Both the position numbers and the translations under genes were made by a program. 24,000 nucleotides of DNA from Streptomycetales bacterium (lineage in GTDB: Bacteria; Actinomycetota; Actinomycetes; JBOHCZ01). Shown one piece after another: positions 8,423 through 15,823 of this stretch. Position 1 is the first letter of the stretch. Every line of letters starts with the position of its first letter. The stretch is from positions 1,573 through 25,572 of the forward strand of contig JBOHCZ010000226.1 in assembly GCA_050699195.1 (NCBI GenBank). Reading direction: 5' to 3'. Below the pieces are notes generated by a model that was not told the origin of the DNA, made no database searches, and saw only the letters and a program-made list of their open reading frames with translations.

Positions 8423-8676
8423 CACATGACTCACCGTCTATCCGTGACTCCGCGACCCGCGTTCCGGTCACGGAGTGTCACGCAGATGTCTGCGTGACGT
8501 GTTCGGACGAGGCGGTTCCGGTTCGCGTCGTACGGCTGCTGGACCGGGATCTGGCGCTGGTCGACACCGGGGGGTCCGAGGAAGAGGTGAGCGTCGCGCT
8601 CGTCGACGCCGGTGTGGGCGACACCGTTCTGGTGCACGCCAAGGAGGCGATCGCCGTGGTCCCAGGGGGGATCTGA
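8419..8676 (+). CDS. HypC/HupF-family (OB-fold) chaperone-like protein with a non-canonical N-terminus
   Basis: The C-terminal two thirds match the HypC barrel (LALVDTGG..EEVSVALVDAGVGDTVLVHAKEAIAVV). The N-terminus is a 20-aa extension plus CHADVCVTCSDEA instead of the invariant MC(L/I)(G/A)(I/V)P. The GTG start overlaps the upstream stop (GTGA). Confidence 0.7.
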   Translation: MTHDSPSIRDSATRVPVTECHADVCVTCSDEAVPVRVVRLLDRDLALVDTGGSEEEVSVALVDAGVGDTVLVHAKEAIAVVPGGI

Positions 8677-9389
8677 TGGCTGCCGGCGAGGGGGCACCCT
8701 CCGGGGGTGTCGAGGCGCTATATCCGTTTCTCTACTCCGACGGGCGACGTGATCTCGGTGCCGTCCTCGAGGAGGCCCGCAGGTCGACGGCCGAGAAGGC
8801 GGCCGAGATCGTCGAGCTCCGGCGGCGGGTCATCGAACAGCAGGCCGCGGCGCTGGCCCGGTGCGCCACCACGATGGCCGCCAGCTTCGCGGCTGGGGGC
8901 CGGCTGTTCGCGTTCGGGAACGGCGGATCAAGCACGGATGCCCAGGACGTGGCGACCACCTTCCTGCACCCGGCGTACGGCCGGCCGTTGCCGGCTTCGT
9001 GCCTGACCAGCGACGTCGCCGTGGTCACGGCGTTGTCCAACGACGTCGGGTTCGACGTCGTCTTCGCGCGCCAGCTCGCCGCGTTCGGGCGGCGGGGGGA
9101 CCTCGCGCTCGGCCTGTCCACCAGTGGTGGGTCGGCAAACGTTCTCCGGGCATTCGAGGAGGCCAGCCGCATCGGCATGGTGACTGTCGGGTTGGCGGGT
9201 TACCAGGGCGGCCGGATGGCCGAGCTCGATGCCCTCGACCATCTCTTCGTCATCCCGTCGGCGTCGGTGCACCGCATCCAGGAGGCCCAGACGACCGCGT
9301 ACCACGCCCTCTGGGAGCTCGTCCAGCGGGCACTCGAGGCGGCGCAGCTACCGCACAACGTCGGCCACCGAGCAGACGGCGCCCGGTGA
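8676..9389 (+). CDS. SIS-domain protein (GmhA-like), copy 2
   Basis: GGRLFAFGNGGSSTDAQDVATTFLHP, LGLSTSGGSANVL and VHRIQEAQTTAYHALWELV are present. The ATG overlaps the upstream TGA by 1 nt (TGATG). Confidence 0.8.
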   Translation: MAAGEGAPSGGVEALYPFLYSDGRRDLGAVLEEARRSTAEKAAEIVELRRRVIEQQAAALARCATTMAASFAAGGRLFAFGNGGSSTDAQDVATTFLHPAYGRPLPASCLTSDVAVVTALSNDVGFDVVFARQLAAFGRRGDLALGLSTSGGSANVLRAFEEASRIGMVTVGLAGYQGGRMAELDALDHLFVIPSASVHRIQEAQTTAYHALWELVQRALEAAQLPHNVGHRADGAR

Positions 9390-9422
9390 TCCTGGCCACC
9401 GGGCGGCCGGGGGAGGTACACG

Positions 9423-10364
9423 ATGGCGAACACGATCACGCAAGAGCCCAACCTGCGGGAGGCTGGGTCCCGGGTCGAGGACGTGCTCACCGAGCTCGCC
9501 GCGACCGGCGACCCGCGCGTCAAGCAGCGGGCGGAGGAGCTCGCGCAGCTCCTGATTCAGCTCTACGGGGGTGGACTCAGCCGGATGGTCGAGATCGTCG
9601 AGGCAGCGGCCGCGGACGCGCAGCAGTTGATGGAGCACTTCGCCGATGACGAACTCGTGGCCAGCCTGCTCGTCGTCCACGGGCTGCATCCGCTGGACGT
9701 GACCGAACGGGTCCAGCGCGCCCTGGACAAGGTGCGGCCCTACCTCGGCTCCCACGCGGGCGGGGTGCAGTTCCTCGGAGTGGACGAGGGCGGTGTCGTC
9801 GCGCTGCGGCTGGAGGGCAGCTGCGACGGCTGCCCGTCGTCGACGGTGACGGTCCGGCTCGCGATCGAGCGTGCCATCGAGGAGGCCGCACCGGAGGTCA
9901 CGCGGGTCGAGGTCGAGGGCATGACGCCCACCACGGGGCCCATCGCGGCGCCCATCACGGGGCCCACCACGGGGCCCGAGCCTGCGTTCGTACCGCTGGA
10001 GTCGCTGCAGCAACGGCCCACCGCGGACGGGGAGCGCGCGGGGCGGTGGACGGCTCTCCCAGACATCGGCGGACTCGGGCCGGGCGAGCTGCGTTCGGTC
10101 GACATCGCAGGGACACCGGTGGTGGTGTGCAACGCCGACGGGGAGCTGTACGCCTACCGGAACGGCTGCCCGGCCTGCAGCGCCTCCCTGTCGGGCGCCG
10201 GTCTCGCCGGGGGAGTCCTCGATTGTCCCGCCTGCCACGGCCGGTACGACGTACGGCTGGCGGGTCGCGGCCTCGACGAGCCGGGGACCCACCTGGCCCC
10301 GCTGCCGCTGCTCACCGGGGGCGGCCAGACCAGGATCGCGACGCCTGCACAGGTGGCACCGTGA
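9423..10364 (+). CDS. NifU C-terminal-domain / Rieske-like fusion Fe-S protein (HucE/HhyE-like putative electron-relay protein)
   Basis: The NifU-type motif is RLEGSCDGCPSSTVT (Cys at 9822-9833). A P-T/I-T/A-G linker follows. The C-terminal Rieske-like region is YRNGCPACSASL...LDCPACHGRYD (10167-10238). SD gggggagg lies upstream. Confidence 0.75.
   Translation: MANTITQEPNLREAGSRVEDVLTELAATGDPRVKQRAEELAQLLIQLYGGGLSRMVEIVEAAAADAQQLMEHFADDELVASLLVVHGLHPLDVTERVQRALDKVRPYLGSHAGGVQFLGVDEGGVVALRLEGSCDGCPSSTVTVRLAIERAIEEAAPEVTRVEVEGMTPTTGPIAAPITGPTTGPEPAFVPLESLQQRPTADGERAGRWTALPDIGGLGPGELRSVDIAGTPVVVCNADGELYAYRNGCPACSASLSGAGLAGGVLDCPACHGRYDVRLAGRGLDEPGTHLAPLPLLTGGGQTRIATPAQVAP
9927..9974 (+). repeat. 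Imperfect 12-nt tandem repeat x4 (ccc-a[c/t]c-[a/g]cg-g[g/c]g) encoding the interdomain linker PTTG-PIAA-PITG-PTTG
   Basis: Read directly from the sequence. Units 1 and 4 are identical (cccaccacgggg), unit 3 differs from them by 1 nt and unit 2 by 3 nt. Confidence 0.8.
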
Positions 10365-11002
10365 GCACGCCGGAGGTCCTGCGGCGGCTGATGGACCGCA
10401 GCCCGCCGCCACCCCCGGGCGAGCGGTGCGAGATGTGCAGCGAGGCGCTGGCCGAGGAGCACTCCCACGTCGTCGACCTGGTGAGCCGGGGCCTGATGTG
10501 CTCGTGCCGGGCCTGCTACCTGCTCTTCACCAGCGACGGGGCGGCCGGAGGCAACTACCGCGCGGTGCCCGATCGCCACCGCTACGACCCCTCGTTCCGG
10601 CTGACCGCGGCGCAGTGGGAGGAGCTTCAGATCCCGGTGGGGCTGGCGTTCTTCTTCCGCAACTCCACCATGGGCCGTTTCGTGGCCTTCTACCCGAGCC
10701 CCGCGGGGGCGACGGAGTCCGAGCTTCCGCTCGAGACTTGGAACGACGTGCTGCGGGCGAACCCCGACGTCGCCGAGCTGGAAGCCGACGTCGAAGCGCT
10801 CCTGCTCCGCCAGCGGGGCCAGCGCTTCGAGTGCTATCTCGCCCCCATCGACGCCTGCTACGGCCTGGTCGGCCGGGTGCGGCTGCACTGGCGGGGCTTC
10901 GAGGGCGGCGAGGAGGTCTGGCAGGAGATCGACACGTTCTTCGGGCAGCTCCGCGAGCGTGGCGAGCCGGCGGGAGGACAGGAGGGGGACGGCGATGGGT
11001 GA
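10361..11002 (+). CDS. Conserved hydrogenase-cluster protein of unknown function (DUF5947-like), Cys-motif N-terminus
   Basis: The GTG start is in a GTGA overlap with the upstream stop. The N-terminus reads CEMCSEAL..EHSHVVDL.SRGLMCSCRACYLLF (C-x2-C ... C-x-C-x2-C). GC3 is high. The family name is recalled from memory, not searched. Confidence 0.7.
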   Translation: MSTPEVLRRLMDRSPPPPPGERCEMCSEALAEEHSHVVDLVSRGLMCSCRACYLLFTSDGAAGGNYRAVPDRHRYDPSFRLTAAQWEELQIPVGLAFFFRNSTMGRFVAFYPSPAGATESELPLETWNDVLRANPDVAELEADVEALLLRQRGQRFECYLAPIDACYGLVGRVRLHWRGFEGGEEVWQEIDTFFGQLRERGEPAGGQEGDGDG

Positions 11003-11639
11003 GCTGGTGTTCGACTGCTTCGACGCCCGTCCGGAGCGCTACGCCGCGAGCCCGACGCTGACCTTCCGGCTGCGCGTCTCCGAGACGACCGGCCAGGACA
11101 TCCACACGATCGCCCTGCGCTGCCAGATCCGCATCGAGCCGGCGAAGCGGCGATACTCGGCGGCCGAGGCGGAACGGCTGCACGACCTGTTCGGCGACAC
11201 CCCGCGCTGGGGCGACACCCTCAAGCCGTTCCAGTTCGTCACCGTGCCGGCCATGGTCCCGGGGTTCCGCGGCAGCACCGAGATCGAGCTGTCCGCGCCC
11301 TGTACCTATGACCTGGAGGTCGCCGCCGGGCAGTACTTCCACGCGCTCGACGACGGCGAGATCCCGCTGCTGCTGCTGTTCTCCGGCACGGTTTTCGCCA
11401 AGGGGCCCGCCGGTCTGGCCGTCGAACAGGTGCCGTGGCACAAGGAGTGTGGCTACCGCCTGCCGGCCCGGATGTGGCGCGAGCTGATGGACCTGTACTT
11501 CCCGAACAGCGCCTGGCTGCGGCTGCGCCGCGAAACGGTCGACTCGCTGCAGCGCTTCAAGTCCCGCAACGCGATCCCGACCTGGGACGACACGTTCGAG
11601 GCGCTGCTCGAGCAGGCCGGGGTCGAGGGGCACCCGTGA
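10995..11639 (+). CDS. Conserved hydrogenase-cluster protein of unknown function (DUF6084-like)
   Basis: The ATG overlaps the upstream gene by 8 nt (ATGGGTGA). The 214-aa product MGELVFDCFDARPERYAASPTLTFRLRV... has no catalytic motif that I recognise. GC3 is high. Confidence 0.7.
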   Translation: MGELVFDCFDARPERYAASPTLTFRLRVSETTGQDIHTIALRCQIRIEPAKRRYSAAEAERLHDLFGDTPRWGDTLKPFQFVTVPAMVPGFRGSTEIELSAPCTYDLEVAAGQYFHALDDGEIPLLLLFSGTVFAKGPAGLAVEQVPWHKECGYRLPARMWRELMDLYFPNSAWLRLRRETVDSLQRFKSRNAIPTWDDTFEALLEQAGVEGHP

Positions 11640-12964
11640 GTGTCGAGGCCGCCCTCGACGTGGGCCGCAGGGTGGCCGACGCCGTGCTGCTCGAGGGCTA
11701 CGTCCTCTACCCCTACCGGGCCTCCGCCCAGAAGAACCGGGTGCGCTGGCAGTTCGGTGTGCTGACCCCGCGGGAGGCCGCCTCCACCGAGCCGTGGTTC
11801 AGCCAGACCGAGTGCCTCGTCGAGCCCGGCGCGCGTCCGGCCCTCGACATCACGGCGCGTTTCCTGCAGGTCAGGTCCCGGACCGGTGCCCTCCCCTGGG
11901 ACGAGGGGGTGGTGCACGAGGTACCCGTTACCGCGCCCCTCGACCGCCCCGGGCCCGAGCAGCGCTTCCCCTTCGAGATCGAGGGTGGGGAGGATGCCGA
12001 GGACGTCGACGGCCACCGGGTGCTCCGCCGCCGCTGGCCGCTGTCGGGCGTGATCACGGTCGGCGTCGAGCGCCTCGAGGGCCCCTACGGCCTTCTGAAG
12101 CTCCGGGTGCGCGTGGAGAACCACACCCCCTGGAAGGCGCCCGGGAGGCCGGAGCACAGCGACCCCGAGCCGGTACCGCGCGAGACGGTGATCCGCCACG
12201 CTCTGGTTTCCACCCACGCCCTGCTCGCCGCGCACGACGCGGTCTTCGTGTCGCTGCTCGACCCGCCGGAGTGGGCCCGCCCCTCGGCCGAGTCGTGCAC
12301 GAACCAGCACACCTGGCCGGTGCTGGTCGGCGGGGGAAACCAGGCCATGCTGTCGTCGCCCATCATCCTGTACGACCACCCGGAGATCGCCCCGGAGAGT
12401 CCGGCCGACCTGTGCGACGCCACCGAGATCGACGAGATCCTGACGCTGCGGACGATGGCCCTCACCGACGAGGAGAAGGCCGAGGCGCGGGCCACCGACG
12501 CCAGGGCGGCCGGCATCATCGACCGGGTCGACACCATGCCGGCCGAGGTGCTGGAACGGCTGCACGGCGCGGTGCGCTACCTGCGCGACGCCTCGGCCAC
12601 CGGCCGGACCGGCGCCCCACCGTGGTGGGACCCCGGTGTGGACCGGTCCGTCTCCCCTGAGCACGACAGCGTGCAGGTCCCCGGCGGGCGGGCGGCCAAG
12701 GGCAGCAAGGTGGTCCTGTGGCCCGGGGGCCGCGGCGCCGGGCGCCGGCTCACCGACGCGCAGGACATCTTCCTCAAGGGGCGGGTGGCCACGGTCACCG
12801 CGGTCCTCTTCGACGTCGACGGGGGCAGCCACCTCGCGGTGACCTTCGACGACGATCCCGCTGCCGACCTGCACGAGTGGTACGGGCGCTACCTCTACTT
12901 CACGCCCGACGAGGTCCAGCTCGTGAAGGGGGCGGACCAGCTGATGAAGGGGGAGGAACCGTGA
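11636..12964 (+). CDS. Conserved hydrogenase-cluster protein of unknown function (442 aa)
   Basis: The GTG start is in a GTGA overlap. The product begins VSVEAALDVGRRVADAVLLEGYVLYPYRASAQKNRVRWQFGVL... GC3 is high throughout. I recognise no domain. Confidence 0.7.
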   Translation: MSVEAALDVGRRVADAVLLEGYVLYPYRASAQKNRVRWQFGVLTPREAASTEPWFSQTECLVEPGARPALDITARFLQVRSRTGALPWDEGVVHEVPVTAPLDRPGPEQRFPFEIEGGEDAEDVDGHRVLRRRWPLSGVITVGVERLEGPYGLLKLRVRVENHTPWKAPGRPEHSDPEPVPRETVIRHALVSTHALLAAHDAVFVSLLDPPEWARPSAESCTNQHTWPVLVGGGNQAMLSSPIILYDHPEIAPESPADLCDATEIDEILTLRTMALTDEEKAEARATDARAAGIIDRVDTMPAEVLERLHGAVRYLRDASATGRTGAPPWWDPGVDRSVSPEHDSVQVPGGRAAKGSKVVLWPGGRGAGRRLTDAQDIFLKGRVATVTAVLFDVDGGSHLAVTFDDDPAADLHEWYGRYLYFTPDEVQLVKGADQLMKGEEP

Positions 12965-13491
12965 GGGTGCTGGTCGCGGGCGTCGGCAACATCTTCCTCG
13001 GCGATGACGGGTTCGGCGTCGAGGTGGCGCGGCGGCTCGCCGCGGAGCCGCTGCCGGAGGGCGTCGAGGTCGCCGACTTCGGTATCCGCGGCGTACACCT
13101 CGCCTACCAGCTGCTCGACGGCTACGACCTGCTGATCCTGGTCGACGCGGTCACGCGCGGGGAGGAACCGGGCACGGTCTATGTCATCGAGCCCGATCTC
13201 GACGCGATCGAGCCGGTCGGACCCGACGCGGAGGGCCCGCCGATCGACGCCCACGGCATGGCGCCAGACGCGGTCTTCGCCCTGCTCAAGACGTTCGGCG
13301 GCAGCGTCGACCGGGTCCTGGTCGTCGCGTGCGAGCCGACCGACGTCGAGGAGCGGATGGGGTTGAGCCCGCCGGTGGCCGGGGCGGTGGACCGGGCGAT
13401 CGGCGCGGTCCTGGATCTCCTCGCCGAACCGGCGAGCCGGGCGGCAACGGCAGCAGGGCGGGCAACCAGGCGGGGGAGGGACCCGGGGTGA
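12961..13491 (+). CDS. [NiFe]-hydrogenase maturation endopeptidase (HyaD/HybD/HupD family)
   Basis: The N-terminal signature is VLVAGVGNIFLGDDGFGVEVARRL, followed by LILVDAV and IDAHGM (the Asp/His metal ligand pattern). The GTG start is in a GTGA overlap. Confidence 0.85.
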   Translation: MRVLVAGVGNIFLGDDGFGVEVARRLAAEPLPEGVEVADFGIRGVHLAYQLLDGYDLLILVDAVTRGEEPGTVYVIEPDLDAIEPVGPDAEGPPIDAHGMAPDAVFALLKTFGGSVDRVLVVACEPTDVEERMGLSPPVAGAVDRAIGAVLDLLAEPASRAATAAGRATRRGRDPG

Positions 13492-14009
13492 CGAGGTACC
13501 AGATCACCCCGGACGACTCCCGGGTGTGGATCGAGGCGCGGTCCAGCCTCCACCCGATCCACGGGGAGGCGACGGGCCTGGGCGGCGAGCTGGACGTCGA
13601 GGTGTCCGGCGACCGCCTGGACCTCTCGACGCCGCCGGCGATGCGGCTGCAGCTGCCCGTGACCCGCCTGGAGTCCGGCAACGCGCTGTACGACAGGGAG
13701 ATGCGCCGCAGGATCGAGTCCAGGCGTTACCCCGTGATCAACGGTGCGGCGCGCGAGGTACGCGAGCTCGAGGGTGGCGCGGGCCGCTACCACGTCCGCG
13801 GCGATCTCACCTTCCACGGCGTGACCCGCACGGTCGACGGCGAGATCACCGTGAGCGCGCCGGGCGAGGGCACCCTCGTCATCGAAGGCGAACAGGTCTT
13901 CGACATCCGTGATTTCGATGTCGCCCCACCCAAGATCCTCACGCTACGCGTCCACCCGGAGGTGCGGGTCCGAATCCGGGCGGAGGCCCGGCGGCAGGAG
14001 CCGGAATGA
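13488..14009 (+). CDS. YceI-like (polyisoprenoid-binding lipocalin-type) domain protein
   Basis: The pattern Y.I.P..S.V.I.A.S.....G...GL.GEL, ..L.SGN.L.D......I....YP and Y.V.GDLTFHGVTR matches YceI family sequences as I recall them. There is no signal peptide. The GTG start is in a GTGA overlap with the protease gene. Confidence 0.65.
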   Translation: MTRYQITPDDSRVWIEARSSLHPIHGEATGLGGELDVEVSGDRLDLSTPPAMRLQLPVTRLESGNALYDREMRRRIESRRYPVINGAAREVRELEGGAGRYHVRGDLTFHGVTRTVDGEITVSAPGEGTLVIEGEQVFDIRDFDVAPPKILTLRVHPEVRVRIRAEARRQEPE

Positions 14010-14033
14010 CACGGATCCGGAGGAGGTGATCGC

Positions 14034-14375
14034 GTGCACGAGTTCGGCATGTGCGAAGCGATCCTGGACGCCGTCGAGCGGCGTGCGGCCGGCCGCAGGG
14101 TCACCCGCGTGCGGGTACGCGTCGGAGCCCTGCACCACGTCGCCCCACCGGCCATGGACCAGGCATTCGCACTCGCGGCGGAGGGCACCGTCGCCGACGG
14201 CGCCGATGTCGAGCTCCGCACCGTGCCCGTGCAGGTCGCCTGCCGCGCGTGTCGGAAGACCGGTGAATCCACCGACCCGCTGACGGTCTGCCCCTCGTGC
14301 GGCGGCGCGGACATCGAGCTGACCGGAGGCGACGAGGTTGTCCTCGAGTCCATCGAGCTCGGGACGTCGGTGTAG
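14034..14375 (+). CDS. hypA: Hydrogenase nickel-insertion protein HypA
   Basis: A GTG start gives the MHE N-terminus (Ni-binding). The Zn site is CRAC...CPSCG. The product is 113 aa. SD aggagg is at 14021. Confidence 0.9.
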   Translation: MHEFGMCEAILDAVERRAAGRRVTRVRVRVGALHHVAPPAMDQAFALAAEGTVADGADVELRTVPVQVACRACRKTGESTDPLTVCPSCGGADIELTGGDEVVLESIELGTSV

Positions 14376-14390
14376 CGGAAGGGGCAGCAG

Positions 14391-14663
14391 ATGTGTCTGG
14401 GGATTCCCGGAGAGGTCGTCGAGATCCTCGAGGACCGGCCCGACCTCGCCCGGGTGGACGTGAGTGGGGTGCGCCGGGCGATCAACATCGGCCTGCTCGA
14501 AGGCGAGGGCGTACGACCTGGCGACTGGATCTTGATCCATGTCGGGTTCGCGCTGTCGAAGATCGACGAGGACGAGGCCAGGTCGGCGATGGAGTTCCTG
14601 GAAGGCATCGGGCAGGCCTACGACGACGAGATCCAAGCCCTGCAGGAATCGAGGATCGAGTAG
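14391..14663 (+). CDS. hypC: Hydrogenase assembly chaperone HypC
   Basis: It has the canonical MCLGIPGEVVEI N-terminus and ..GDWILIHVGFAL. The product is 90 aa. Confidence 0.92.
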   Translation: MCLGIPGEVVEILEDRPDLARVDVSGVRRAINIGLLEGEGVRPGDWILIHVGFALSKIDEDEARSAMEFLEGIGQAYDDEIQALQESRIE

Positions 14664-14695
14664 GCCGGCAGGCCCGCCCGAGGAGGTGACGAGCG

Positions 14696-15823
14696 TTGCG
14701 TTTCGTCGATGAGTACCGCGACGCGGAGAAGGCCGAGGCGCTGGCGGCCAGGATCGTCCAGATGTGCGAGCCGGGCCGGGAGTACAAGTTCATGGAGGTG
14801 TGCGGGGGGCACACCCACACCATCTACAAGCACGGCCTGGAGGACTATCTGCCGGAGAGCATCACGCTGGTCCATGGCCCGGGGTGCCCGGTGTGCGTGA
14901 TCCCGATGGGGCGTGTCGATGATGCGATCCACATCGCGGAGCAGCCGGACGTGATCATGACCTCTTTCGGGGACATGATGCGGGTGCCGGGCGGACGCGG
15001 GTCGTTCTTCGACGCGAAGGCGGCGGGTGCGGACATCAGGATGGTGTACTCACCACTGGACGCGCTCAAGATCGCCCGGCGGAACCCGGAAAAGCGTGTC
15101 GTGTTCATGGCGATCGGGTTCGAGACGACCGCGCCGTCCACGGCGATGACGGTGTTGCGGGCTGCGGCGGAGGGCATCGAGAACTTCTCGGTCTTCTGCA
15201 ACCACGTGACGATCATCCCGGCCGTCAAGGCCATCCTGGACTCACCCGATCTTCGGCTCGACGGGTTCATCGGGCCAGGGCACGTGTCGACGGTGATCGG
15301 GTGCCGGCCCTATGAGTTCATCGCCGGTGACTATCACAAGCCGCTGGTGGTGGCGGGGTTCGAGCCGCTGGACATCTTGCAGTCGATCTATCTGATCCTG
15401 GCCCAGCTGGCCGAGGGCCGTTGCGAGGTCGGCAACCAGTACGGCCGGGTGGTGCCCTGGGAGGGCAACCGCAAGGCGCTGCGGGTCATCGGTGAGGTCA
15501 TGGAGCTGCGGCCGTACTTCGAGTGGCGGGGCCTGGGGTTCATCTCGCACTCGGCGCTCCGGATGCGGGAGACCTTCGCGTCGTTCGACGCCGAGCGGAT
15601 CTTCGACCTGCCTGGGGTGCGGGTGGCCGACCCGAAGGCGTGCCAGTGCGGTGAGGTGCTCAAGGGGGTGCTCAAGCCGTGGGAGTGCAAGGTGTTCGGC
15701 ACCGCCTGCACGCCGGAGACCCCGATCGGGACCTGCATGGTCTCCAGCGAGGGCGCGTGCGCGGCGTACTACAACTTCGGGCGGTTCACGCGTGAGCGGG
15801 TGAGGGAGGCGACACGCACGTGA
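14696..15823 (+). CDS. hypD: Hydrogenase Fe(CN)2CO assembly protein HypD
   Basis: The TTG start follows SD gaggagg. Motifs present are CGGHTH, GPGCPVCV, GFETTAPS and GPGHVS. Confidence 0.93.
   Translation: MRFVDEYRDAEKAEALAARIVQMCEPGREYKFMEVCGGHTHTIYKHGLEDYLPESITLVHGPGCPVCVIPMGRVDDAIHIAEQPDVIMTSFGDMMRVPGGRGSFFDAKAAGADIRMVYSPLDALKIARRNPEKRVVFMAIGFETTAPSTAMTVLRAAAEGIENFSVFCNHVTIIPAVKAILDSPDLRLDGFIGPGHVSTVIGCRPYEFIAGDYHKPLVVAGFEPLDILQSIYLILAQLAEGRCEVGNQYGRVVPWEGNRKALRVIGEVMELRPYFEWRGLGFISHSALRMRETFASFDAERIFDLPGVRVADPKACQCGEVLKGVLKPWECKVFGTACTPETPIGTCMVSSEGACAAYYNFGRFTRERVREATRT

Noticed and set aside
9348-12874. Three long - strand ORFs (9348-10412, 10527-11633, 11453-12874) opposite the hydrogenase accessory genes.
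   Set aside because: They are antisense shadows of + strand genes that have the proper GC3 bias, coupling and motifs. Their translations are Arg/Pro/Gly-rich nonsense.
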